DNA of 59,745 bases. Source: an uncultured Muribaculaceae bacterium (GTDB lineage Bacteria > Bacillota_I > Bacilli_A > RF39 > UBA660). The notes under the pieces are model-generated. The model searched no databases and was not told the DNA's origin. It saw nothing but the letters and a program-made list of their open reading frames with translations. The position numbers were made by a program, and so were the translations under genes. Below, one piece after another: positions 29,307-37,638 of the stretch; within the stretch, counting starts at the first letter, position 1, and each line of letters begins with the position of its first letter. The DNA is taken from positions 3,513 through 63,257 of the forward strand of contig CAYRAF010000002.1 in assembly GCA_964422195.1 (NCBI GenBank), in the 5' to 3' direction.

Positions 29307-29942
29307 CTACCAATGATGGACATCAGAACAATCCCAATTTTTAAAATTTTTGCTTAGGCCTAATCTTTTAGCCCTACTTATTTGTCTTTCTTCTGTTACC
29401 GGTTTATATCTCATATTATCTAGAGCAATTTCAAAGTATACAGTTGTCGTATCATCATCAATATCAGGATGTGCTTCTTTTATTTTTTTATATATCGCTG
29501 TTGCTAATTCTAGATTACATGGTGTAGTTATATCAGGCTCTGCTATATTTAAAAATATATTATTATCATATAATTCTTTTAAATAATTATACATTATTTG
29601 CTGATCAGTTGATAAATCATTTATATCATAACCTTGTTCTATAACTTTACTCAAAATACTAGTATCCAAGCCACACTTTATACAACCACAAGAAGGATAA
29701 ACTCTGCCTTCATAACTATCGTGATTTATGTTATGACGAACAAATATATGATCACAATTTTCATATTTTTCCATTTGTAATTGTTCATATAATTCGTTTT
29801 GTTTTTCCTCTAAATTAGCATTTCGTCTTTTTAATTTATTGTACTTTTGAATTATTATAATTTTATGCATTTCATTAATTTCATCTAAAATTTTTTCTCT
29901 TTCTTTTAATAGCTCAAAATATTTTTTTTCTAATTCAGTCAT
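29307..29942 (-). CDS. hypothetical protein with N-terminal coiled coil and Cys/His cluster
   Basis: 211-aa ORF. A CDH...H..NH....C.C..C cluster suggests metal binding. Located next to tRNA-Leu. Confidence 0.5.
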   Translation of the reverse strand: MTELEKKYFELLKEREKILDEINEMHKIIIIQKYNKLKRRNANLEEKQNELYEQLQMEKYENCDHIFVRHNINHDSYEGRVYPSCGCIKCGLDTSILSKVIEQGYDINDLSTDQQIMYNYLKELYDNNIFLNIAEPDITTPCNLELATAIYKKIKEAHPDIDDDTTTVYFEIALDNMRYKPVTEERQISRAKRLGLSKNFKNWDCSDVHHW

Positions 29943-29970
29943 ATTAACCTTCCTCCCCCCAAAAAAAATA

Positions 29971-30054
29971 TGGTGCGGGAGATGGGAGTTGAACCCACAC
30001 GACTTTCATCAAAGGTGTTTGAGACCTTCGCGTCTACCATTCCGCCACTCCCGC
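29971..30054 (-). tRNA. tRNA-Leu (anticodon CAA)
   Basis: The reverse complement is GCGGGAGUGGCGGAAUGGUAGACGCGAAGGUCUCAAACACCUUUGAUGAAAGUCGUGUGGGUUCAACUCCCAUCUCCCGCACCA. It has a long variable arm, and the anticodon loop is C-U-CAA-A-C. Confidence 0.85.
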
Positions 30055-30094
30055 ATGTATTTACATTATACCATTAACTATAAAAAAAGAAAAG

Positions 30095-30676
30095 TTAAAT
30101 TTCTTCCTTTTCTTCTCTCTCTTGATACTTTGACAAATATAAATCTATTTCTTCATCATTTTGACCTTTGATTGTAATATCTTTCATTTCTGGAAGCTCC
30201 TCTATTGTTGAAAGTCCAAAATAATCTAAGAATTCTCTTGTAACTTCATATAGTATTGGTCTACCTGGAAGATCACTTCTACCACTTTCTTTAACTAATC
30301 CTTTTGCAACTAACTTCCTTATCATTTGACCGCTATAAACTCCTCTTATCTCATCAACCTGACCTCTAGTTATTTTTGGATTATATGCGATAATTGCAAG
30401 TGTCTCTAATGCTGATTGACTTAACATATTAGTAGAAGGTGCTTCTACTAATTTTTTATAATATTCTCTATGCTCTTTTTTTGTTGTTAATTTGAAAGTA
30501 TCACCTAAAAATTTTATTTGAATACCTCTATCATCCTTAGAATACTTATCTCTAAGCGATGTTAAAGCTACTTTAATATCTTCTTCAGAAAACTCAGTTA
30601 CTTCTTCTAATTGTTCTAAAGTTAAACCTTCATCACCTACTACAAATAATAAACCTTCAATAATTGCTTCTATCAT
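30095..30676 (-). CDS. scpB: segregation and condensation protein B
   Basis: Motifs IEGLLFVVGDEGL...ETLAIIAYNPKITRGQVDEIRGV. Overlaps scpA. Confidence 0.9.
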   Translation of the reverse strand: MIEAIIEGLLFVVGDEGLTLEQLEEVTEFSEEDIKVALTSLRDKYSKDDRGIQIKFLGDTFKLTTKKEHREYYKKLVEAPSTNMLSQSALETLAIIAYNPKITRGQVDEIRGVYSGQMIRKLVAKGLVKESGRSDLPGRPILYEVTREFLDYFGLSTIEELPEMKDITIKGQNDEEIDLYLSKYQEREEKEEI

Positions 30677-31404
30677 TCTATTACCTCACATACTATATTA
30701 TCAAAATTCTTTTCTTGTTTTATTAATAATTCACGCTTTTTAGCCATCTCAAGTATTGTTAAAAAAGTAACTACAATATATTCCTTTGTAACTTCTTCAA
30801 ATAAATCAAAAAAGTCTACTTTCTTCTTTTGTTTTAAAATATTCTTTATTTCCCTACTTCTCTTTTCTACTGATATTTCCCTAGTAGTAACATTAGTTTT
30901 TAATGGCTTATCAAACTCTTTTCTTTGTAATAATTTTTGAAAAGCTTCCATTAAATCATCCAATGATAAATCACTATTAATTACTACCCCATCCTCTTGA
31001 TACTCACGCAAACTCTCAGGTAATTTCGTATGAATATCTTTTCTTTTTGTTTCTAATTCTTTAAATTCTTTAGTTAAATCTTTATATTTTTGATATTCTA
31101 CTAATCTTTGAATTAAAGCTTCTCTAGGATCAATTTCCTCTTCTTCATTTTCTTCTTGCTTAGAATTTGGAAGTAATAACTTAGATTTTAACTCGATAAG
31201 TTCTGATGCCATAACTAAATAACTACTAGCAATATCTAGATTCATTTCTTTCATTGCCTCAATATAATTTAAATATTGTTCAATAATTTCTTCTATTTTT
31301 ACTTCCCATATATCTACCTTTGCTTCTTTAATTAAATGAAGAAGTAGATCAAGGGGCCCTTCAAACTCATTTATTTTTACTTTATATTCCATATTTAACA
31401 CCAT
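30673..31404 (-). CDS. scpA: segregation and condensation protein A (kleisin)
   Basis: FEGPLDLLLHLI motif. The start is ambiguous between 31404 and the ATG four codons downstream. Confidence 0.85.
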   Translation of the reverse strand: MVLNMEYKVKINEFEGPLDLLLHLIKEAKVDIWEVKIEEIIEQYLNYIEAMKEMNLDIASSYLVMASELIELKSKLLLPNSKQEENEEEEIDPREALIQRLVEYQKYKDLTKEFKELETKRKDIHTKLPESLREYQEDGVVINSDLSLDDLMEAFQKLLQRKEFDKPLKTNVTTREISVEKRSREIKNILKQKKKVDFFDLFEEVTKEYIVVTFLTILEMAKKRELLIKQEKNFDNIVCEVIE

Positions 31405-31479
31405 TTTAATTATACAAAATTATTTAATATTTGACAAATAGTTCTTGAAGATAACATTTTTTTTATTTATAATTAACTT

Positions 31480-31785
31480 ATGAAAAGATTTAATATGATT
31501 GAAGAAAACTTTATATGTGAACATTGTGGTAAAGAAGTTAGTACTTTAGGATATACTGCTAGAGACCATTGCCCTTATTGCTTATATTCAAAACATGTAG
31601 ATATATTACCTGGAGATAGAAAAAACGAATGTAAGGGATTATTAAGACCTATCGGTATTGAAAAATATAAAGATACATTTAAGATTTTATATCAATGTGA
31701 ACAATGTAGAATTAAGCATAAAAATATTATGGCAAATGATGATGATATGAGCAAAATAATAGAGTTATCTAATATAGATAGATAA
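31480..31785 (+). CDS. RNHCP-domain zinc-ribbon protein
   Basis: Motifs CEHCG...ARDHCPYC...CEQC. The R-[ND]-H-C-P signature is present as RDHCP. Confidence 0.7.
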   Translation: MKRFNMIEENFICEHCGKEVSTLGYTARDHCPYCLYSKHVDILPGDRKNECKGLLRPIGIEKYKDTFKILYQCEQCRIKHKNIMANDDDMSKIIELSNIDR

Positions 31786-31793
31786 CTCTTTTT

Positions 31794-32144
31794 TTAATCC
31801 TTTGCTTTAAAGAACAAAGAAAATATAAACGTAAAGATTATTGCCGCAGTAATTCCTGAAGCAGTTAAATTAAACATACCTGTAAGTAAGCCTATAAAAC
31901 CATATTTTTCTGCTTGAGCAAGTGCTCCATGTATGAGTAAATGTCCAAAACTAGTAATAGGTACCATAGCTCCTCCACCAACATATAAAACTATTTTATC
32001 ATATATATTAAATATATCTAAGAATGCTCCTACACATACAAATAAACTTGTTATATGCCCTGCGGTAAGTTTTGTGTTATCTAATATTATCTGTCCCAAC
32101 AAGCAAACAAAACCTGCGAATAAGAATGAATATAAATATATCAT
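31794..32144 (-). CDS. spoVAE: stage V sporulation protein AE (SpoVAEb-type)
   Basis: 116-aa polytopic membrane protein immediately after spoVAD. Paralogous to SpoVAC. Confidence 0.8.
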   Translation of the reverse strand: MIYLYSFLFAGFVCLLGQIILDNTKLTAGHITSLFVCVGAFLDIFNIYDKIVLYVGGGAMVPITSFGHLLIHGALAQAEKYGFIGLLTGMFNLTASGITAAIIFTFIFSLFFKAKD

Positions 32145-33136
32145 TTTACCATCTCCAAACTAATAGCATGAGCAGTAGCTAAAATATTTTGTTTTTGATA
32201 AACCATTGTAGGTGAAAACAAAGCTCCTGTAGCTACCAAAAGAACTCGTTTTAGTTTCCCCTCTTCCATCTTTTTTAATATATAACTATAATTTACTAAA
32301 GCACTACAAACAGGTCCTGACCCACCAGCTAAAACTTCCTTTTGTTCTTCTAAATCATAAAGCATAGTACCACAATCATCATAATTCTTATATATATCCA
32401 TCTTATATTCTCCTTGCATATAATCTACTAATATTTTTTTACCATATTGTCCTAAATCACCTGTCAATATTAAATCATAATAATCAGGATTTCTTTTCAA
32501 ATCACTTAAATGTCTATAAATTGTATCAGCTGCTGCTGGGGCCATAACTGCTCCCATATTAAAAGGATCTTTAACACCCATATCTATTATTTTACCAATA
32601 GTAGAACTTTCTACTCTTATATTGCTTTTTTCTCTTGATAGTAAAGCACTTGCTCCACCAGTCGATGTAAATGTCGCAGTTGATGGTTTAGGCGCCCCAT
32701 ACTCTGTAGGATTTCTAAATTGTTTTTCCGATGACATATTGTGTGAACTTACTGAAGTAATACAATTATCTATTTGTTTTGCCTCTATGAAGTTAGATGC
32801 TATAATCATTCCCTCAATACTCGTAGAACATGCACCATAAATTCCTAAGAATGGTAAGTTATATTTTTCAAGTCCATAACTGGATGAAGTTATTTGATTA
32901 AGTAAATCTCCAGAAATAAGTAAATCTATATTGTTTTTTTGTTTATTTGCTTTATCAAGAAGTATATCAACACTTTCTTCTAATAATTTTGCTTCTGCTT
33001 GTTCCCAAGATTTTTCTCCATTATACAAATCGTTGTAACTTTTATCAAAAAAACTTCCAAGTGGTCCTTTTTTTTCATAAGGACCTGCTACTGTTGCTGT
33101 ATTATTTATATATACATTATTATATTTAAATGTCAT
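32141..33136 (-). CDS. spoVAD: stage V sporulation protein AD
   Basis: Thiolase-like fold blocks (GIYGACSTS, GGSGPVCSA). Occupies the position between spoVAC and spoVAE. Confidence 0.85.
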   Translation of the reverse strand: MTFKYNNVYINNTATVAGPYEKKGPLGSFFDKSYNDLYNGEKSWEQAEAKLLEESVDILLDKANKQKNNIDLLISGDLLNQITSSSYGLEKYNLPFLGIYGACSTSIEGMIIASNFIEAKQIDNCITSVSSHNMSSEKQFRNPTEYGAPKPSTATFTSTGGASALLSREKSNIRVESSTIGKIIDMGVKDPFNMGAVMAPAAADTIYRHLSDLKRNPDYYDLILTGDLGQYGKKILVDYMQGEYKMDIYKNYDDCGTMLYDLEEQKEVLAGGSGPVCSALVNYSYILKKMEEGKLKRVLLVATGALFSPTMVYQKQNILATAHAISLEMVK

Positions 33137-33137
33137 A

Positions 33138-33578
33138 TTAACCTCCCATTATTAAAAATCTTATCATACCAAATATCCAAGCTGATACTACACCATATAG
33201 AATAACAGATCCAGATAGTTTAAAAATATTACTTCCTATTCCAAATATTGGACCTTCTGTTTTATATTCCATACCAGAACTCATCATTGAATGAGCAAAT
33301 CCTGTTATAGGAATAATAAGTCCGCATCTACAGAAAGTAACCCATTTGTCAAAAAAGCCTAATGCCGTAAACAAACAAGCAAAGAATATTAAAGTAACTG
33401 TTCCAAATATAGCAGCATCAGAAGCTGAAATATGCAAAAAATAAGAATATATATCAATTAACCCTTGTTCTATTACACCAACAATTCCTCCTGTTATAAA
33501 AGCAATAATACCATTTTTTATACGTTGTTCTTTCGGTTTATGCCTATCTACCAATTCGTTATAATCTTTTATTCTCAC
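33138..33578 (-). CDS. spoVAC: stage V sporulation protein AC
   Basis: 146-aa membrane protein with an N-terminal Y..LV..H.PK block and a conserved ITGFAHSM block. It is the first gene of the spoVAC-AD-AE triad. Confidence 0.85.
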   Translation of the reverse strand: MRIKDYNELVDRHKPKEQRIKNGIIAFITGGIVGVIEQGLIDIYSYFLHISASDAAIFGTVTLIFFACLFTALGFFDKWVTFCRCGLIIPITGFAHSMMSSGMEYKTEGPIFGIGSNIFKLSGSVILYGVVSAWIFGMIRFLIMGG

Positions 33579-33638
33579 ACTATCACCGTCCTAAAACTAT
33601 TATGGTAATAATTAGTAATTTTTATACAAAAGAAAAAA

Positions 33639-34133
33639 CTACTTTACGTAGTTCTGCATATTTGTACTCATTGATAGTTTTTTTGTTTTTGCTTTAAGTC
33701 CAGCTTTTTTAGCAGTAACACTTTCAAGTTTTTCTCTAAGCATTGCTTCTTCATTATCACAATCGTTTAATAATAATTCTGTTTCTATTGGTTCCCATAA
33801 AGTAAGTAATTCTTCTTTTCTAAGATAAGTTATATCTTTATAATCTATATTATGAGCTTCTAGGCAACTAGTAAAATCACTTTTACCTTTAGAACGACCA
33901 TATGGTTCATAAAGTGTTGCAATAGGTTCATCAGTAAAAACATCACAACGTTGTATTCTAGCAGCAGTATGACTAAATGCTCCACATGTAAGATCTATTC
34001 CATAACATAAATGATTGTTTACTATTCTCAAGTATCTAATATCATGAAACTCCTCACTTTTTTCTTTAGCAATTTTTACCTCTAAATCTGTTAATTCTTT
34101 ATATGAAAGCTTACTTAAATCAATTTTTTCCAT
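33639..34133 (-). CDS. hypothetical protein (164 aa), downstream partner of the PBECR-like gene
   Basis: ORF with an RBS and no recognisable motif. Its C-terminus is a Lys-rich helix. Confidence 0.5.
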   Translation of the reverse strand: MEKIDLSKLSYKELTDLEVKIAKEKSEEFHDIRYLRIVNNHLCYGIDLTCGAFSHTAARIQRCDVFTDEPIATLYEPYGRSKGKSDFTSCLEAHNIDYKDITYLRKEELLTLWEPIETELLLNDCDNEEAMLREKLESVTAKKAGLKAKTKKLSMSTNMQNYVK

Positions 34134-34215
34134 AGTATATACCTCCTTGACTACCTATTATATATATAAACTTTTTAAAAGTAAAGAAAAAAGATATTTT
34201 AATTATCAAAAATTT

Positions 34216-34599
34216 CTAAATCTTCATTTTTATACTTTTTATAGTTTCTTTTTTCTTTCTATTGTTTATTTTAGATTCTTTTACAGGATAAAAACTTTTT
34301 ACTTTTAATTCTTTACCATCATCAACTCTGACTGCGACTAAAATATATTCGTTTAATCTTTTATAATATTCTAATCCTTTCTTATTTTTATCATAAAACA
34401 CATAATCTGGTTTTCTTATTATTATACTTAACATTCTAACTGTATAATAGTAATCCTTTTTCCTTTTATATTGATGTAAATGTCTAGTTTTAGCATGAAT
34501 AATAGCACTATCATATATTACTATCTTTTTATCCTTATGAGATTGAATATCCCACTTTTTTATAATTTCATCACTAATAATACCTAATACTTTCTTCAT
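34216..34599 (-). CDS. small protein resembling PBECR (phage Barnase-EndoU-ColicinE5/D-RelE-like) nuclease family
   Basis: The layout I.IYDSAIIHAKTRH ... IIRKPDYVFYD ... LVAVRV ... matches my recollection of these small toxin-like nucleases (I..H...H, II..PDY, LVAVR). This was not verified by a search. Confidence 0.4.
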   Translation of the reverse strand: MKKVLGIISDEIIKKWDIQSHKDKKIVIYDSAIIHAKTRHLHQYKRKKDYYYTVRMLSIIIRKPDYVFYDKNKKGLEYYKRLNEYILVAVRVDDGKELKVKSFYPVKESKINNRKKKETIKSIKMKI

Positions 34600-34618
34600 T
34601 TATCACTTCCTTTAGAAT

Positions 34619-34797
34619 TAAAAAAAGCTTATACATAGAGTATAAACTTTTAATATTTGCAATAAGCCATGCATCACTTTGGCATCTCATCAGATATATT
34701 CATATCCTACACTTAAGACTTTATGTCCGCGATAGTCGATGTCTTTCTATCCTTTACTGCTATAATATATTATGCAACTAAATATAATCACACATGC
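34619..34797 (-). ncRNA. unclassified structured RNA / terminator-containing leader of about 180 nt
   Basis: A promoter TTGACT-17-TACAAT lies at 34832..34804. G+C-rich hairpins include GAUAG-11 nt-CUAUC and GGAUAU-GAAU-AUAUCU. A strong terminator, AAGUUUAUAC-UCUAU-GUAUAAGCUU followed by U7, lies at 34649..34619 and ends 10 nt before the RBS of the PBECR-like gene. Confidence 0.5.
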
Positions 34798-34855
34798 ATT
34801 AGTATTGTACTATTATTTTTATATAAAGTCAATTCAAAACATTTATTTATACTTT

Positions 34856-35518
34856 TTATGTTGATATATCATAAGTTAATCCTTTTTTTAATTTTTGTAA
34901 TATTTTTGTTTCTTTTCTAGAAACTTGCACTTGTGAAAGTCCAAGTTTGTTTGATGTCTCACTTTGAGTTAAATCATTAAAGTATCTTTCTTCTACAAGT
35001 TTCTTTTCTTCATCTGTTAAATTACTTAGTTCTGTTTTTAAGTCTTGTATATCTTCATTATAAGCTTTTTCTTCTGTAAATACCTTATTATATAATAGTT
35101 CTTCATCATCATCATTTTCATAATTTAAACTCATAATAAACTGATTAGCTTCCTCAACTTCCATTAACTTTTTTTCATCTATCTCTAAAAACAATGATAA
35201 TTCCGCTGTTGTTGGAGCACGCATTAATCTTTGAGATAATACTTCTTTTGCTTTATCTATTGATTGGTTTAGTTTTATATATTCACGAGATATTTTGATA
35301 TTCTTATCTTCTCTAACAAACTTTTTAACTTCACCTAATATAGAAAAATAGGCATATGTTGAAAATTTAACGTTTGCATTTTCATCAAAGTTTTCATGAG
35401 CTTTTAATAATCCTAGTATACCTGCCTGATATAAATCATCTTTATCATAAAATGAAGTATATTTTTTTATTACTGAATATATTAATTTTTCATAAACTAA
35501 AATATCGTCATTAGTCAT
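34856..35518 (-). CDS. sigF: sporulation sigma factor, SigF-like
   Basis: Blocks shared with B. subtilis SigF: FSTYA, GE(V/I)..F(V/I)R(E/D)D, (I/V)SR, RAPT, YENDDD and LGLSQVQVSR.E.KIL. At 220 aa its N-terminus is shorter than usual. Confidence 0.8.
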   Translation of the reverse strand: MTNDDILVYEKLIYSVIKKYTSFYDKDDLYQAGILGLLKAHENFDENANVKFSTYAYFSILGEVKKFVREDKNIKISREYIKLNQSIDKAKEVLSQRLMRAPTTAELSLFLEIDEKKLMEVEEANQFIMSLNYENDDDEELLYNKVFTEEKAYNEDIQDLKTELSNLTDEEKKLVEERYFNDLTQSETSNKLGLSQVQVSRKETKILQKLKKGLTYDIST

Positions 35519-35530
35519 AATATCACCCTT

Positions 35531-35866
35531 TTATATATTTATAATATTAAATGCTTGTAATTCATTGTCGCTTTTACTTAAGTTTTTAAAATATTTTTGT
35601 TTTATATTAGAATTATTATTTATTCCACATATTACAACTTTACCATCTACTTTAGCAATATATCTATATTCATTCATAATTAACTCAATACCAGTATTAT
35701 CAATGCTTTCTAAATTACTTAAGTTAATTACTAAATATTTTAATCCTTTACTTTCAACTAAGTTTGTTACTTCATTTTTAAAATATTTAGAAGTATTTTT
35801 ATCTAGATTACCAAACAACCTAATAAATAATATACCTCTTCTTACTTCCATATTTATATCTAACAA
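35531..35866 (-). CDS. spoIIAA: STAS-domain anti-sigma-factor antagonist (SpoIIAA-like) lacking the canonical phospho-serine
   Basis: The segment LKYLVINLSNLESIDNTGIELIMNEY...GKVVICGI aligns with B. subtilis [26 protein letters not shown]...GEMVVCAI. The DSSG motif is replaced by DNTG. Confidence 0.75.
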   Translation of the reverse strand: MLDINMEVRRGILFIRLFGNLDKNTSKYFKNEVTNLVESKGLKYLVINLSNLESIDNTGIELIMNEYRYIAKVDGKVVICGINNNSNIKQKYFKNLSKSDNELQAFNIINI

Positions 35867-35944
35867 AATATCACCTCGTTAATAAAATATAGAACAATTT
35901 TTATTTTTTTTATACACTTTCGACAAAGCATATCATTTTTTTCT

Positions 35945-37297
35945 CTAAATTTTTAAGACCCTCTTAATAATCATAATTAATGATAATGACATTACAGAAA
36001 AAACATCATTATTTTTATGTTCTTTATCTTTTTTTGCTTCTTGTTTATTGCCCTTAATAACACTTTCTTCAGTATCTATAGATATTTTTTCTAATTCTTT
36101 AATACGACTATTATTATTAATTCTATAACTTTCCATCATTTCTTCCAAATCTAAAGTAATATAAATAGAAACTACAAAATCATTATATGAATAAGTTATT
36201 TTATATAACCCATTTTTATTTATATTAATACTATCCTTTATCTTAATTTTACTTTTTTCTATATTGGTATCATTAATTACATCATATAAATTATAATCCC
36301 TTGATTTAATAACATAATTATCTTTAAAATTAATCATATATCTGTTCTTTACCTTATAATAAACTCTATATTTATTTTCATCTTTTATATATCCATCTTT
36401 TTCTACATAATAATCATCTAAATAATATCTTTCTTCCTTATAATACTTATATTTTATATCTTTATATGAGTATAAGCTATATGAATCTATTAATTGTAAT
36501 GACGGATCATCTATTTTCTCTTCTTTTGTAATAACGTTTTCATCATAATAAATATCTTTTAAATAATCCTTTAATAAAATATTTAATTTATAGCCATTAT
36601 CCTCATTATTATATATATTAGCATTCATAATAATATCAATATAATTTTTTAATTTATTCTTATTATTATCTAAAATATCTACACTAAAACTAGTATTATC
36701 AGTACCATAATTATCTGTTAAATATATTTCTATATTTATATTTTCTATATCATAATTATCTTTTAAATCTATAGTAAAATCCTGGCTTTTTGTTACTTCC
36801 ATAAAACCATTATTTAAAAAATTATCACTTATTTTTTCTTTATTTAAACAGTTTCTACAAATAAGTTCATAATCTATTTTTTCTTTATTATTAAAAATTT
36901 TTATCTCTAAAAATCTTAGTATATCTCTTGAACCATTGATATTATTAAAATTTAAATATCTTATTGGTAATCTATTTGCATATTCATATATAGTTTTAGT
37001 TTGTATAACTCTCCCTTTTTTTTCTTCTGGTTTTTCTTTACTCCATGAAGAGTATTCAGTTTCTATTGATTCTCCACTTTTATATGGATATTCATCTATA
37101 TTCTCATCTTCAATATAGTATTTATCACTGTAAATATTTTCTTTTCTATAAAATTTATATCTATATTCTTCTTCATAATTAATATTTGGTTTCGAAGATA
37201 AATATCTAATTCTTTCATTTCCATAATATGTAGCAGCATTAACCATATTTGGAATTATTATATTTAATATGATAAATAAACTAATTAATTTTTTCAT
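35945..37297 (-). CDS. hypothetical secreted protein with C-terminal membrane anchor
   Basis: N-terminal signal peptide (LFIILNIIIPNMVNA), a Tyr/Asn/Lys-rich body and a C-terminal hydrophobic helix. Confidence 0.55.
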   Translation of the reverse strand: MKKLISLFIILNIIIPNMVNAATYYGNERIRYLSSKPNINYEEEYRYKFYRKENIYSDKYYIEDENIDEYPYKSGESIETEYSSWSKEKPEEKKGRVIQTKTIYEYANRLPIRYLNFNNINGSRDILRFLEIKIFNNKEKIDYELICRNCLNKEKISDNFLNNGFMEVTKSQDFTIDLKDNYDIENINIEIYLTDNYGTDNTSFSVDILDNNKNKLKNYIDIIMNANIYNNEDNGYKLNILLKDYLKDIYYDENVITKEEKIDDPSLQLIDSYSLYSYKDIKYKYYKEERYYLDDYYVEKDGYIKDENKYRVYYKVKNRYMINFKDNYVIKSRDYNLYDVINDTNIEKSKIKIKDSININKNGLYKITYSYNDFVVSIYITLDLEEMMESYRINNNSRIKELEKISIDTEESVIKGNKQEAKKDKEHKNNDVFSVMSLSLIMIIKRVLKI

Positions 37298-37493
37298 ATT
37301 CCTCCTTATAATACTCCCCTTTTATTCCTAAATATTTTAAATCATAAACATCACATCCTTTACTTTCATATTCATATATATTAATTCTCTAATAATTAAG
37401 AATTCCCAATTTTTTTCTGTTAATAAAAATATATTGACATAATAATAAAAACATGTTAAATTATATGTGAATTTAAAGAGAAAGGAGTGGGAA

Positions 37494-37589
37494 AATGAAG
37501 ACAAGATTAAAAATATTTTTTAATAATCATTTTTTAGTAGTTGATAAGAATAAGAAGGAAATCTTACTTTGTTTTCCTACTTTTTCGTA
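37494..37589 (+). CDS. 31-codon leader peptide MKTRLKIFFNNHFLVVDKNKKEILLCFPTFS
   Basis: AAAGGAGTGGG lies 5 nt upstream of the ATG. A TTGACA-17-TAAATT promoter lies upstream at about 37434..37462. The ORF contains the antiterminator arm. Not in the ORF track because it is too short. Confidence 0.45.
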
Positions 37590-37602
37590 AAGAAAACTTT
37601 TC

Positions 37603-37626
37603 AACTACTATATAGTAGTTTTTTTT
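37603..37626 (+). terminator. attenuator terminator upstream of the ABC exporter
   Basis: Palindrome AACTACTATATAGTAGTT followed by TTTTTT, ending 4 nt before the AGGAGG RBS of the ABC gene. Confidence 0.6.
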
Positions 37627-37638
37627 AGGAGGTAATAT

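Noticed and set aside
34686-34693. The unclassified RNA at 34.7 kb contains CUGAUGAG (minus strand), the conserved core string of hammerhead ribozymes.
   Set aside because: The rest of the hammerhead core is missing. No GAAA follows a plausible stem II (the sequence continues AUGCCAAAGUGAUGCAUGGCUUAUUGC), and no stem III or cleavage-site arrangement can be drawn. The match is most likely a chance octamer.
34619-34797. The terminator-before-toxin layout suggested a type III (ToxIN-like) toxin-antitoxin locus.
   Set aside because: Type III antitoxin RNAs are tandem direct repeats, and I see no tandem repetition in this leader. The downstream protein is also much smaller than ToxN/AbiEii-type toxins.
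37381-37410. A short inverted repeat AATTCT-n10-AGAATT lies upstream of the ABC leader promoter and could be an operator.
   Set aside because: It has only 6-bp AT-rich arms. A match of this kind is easily expected by chance at this base composition.
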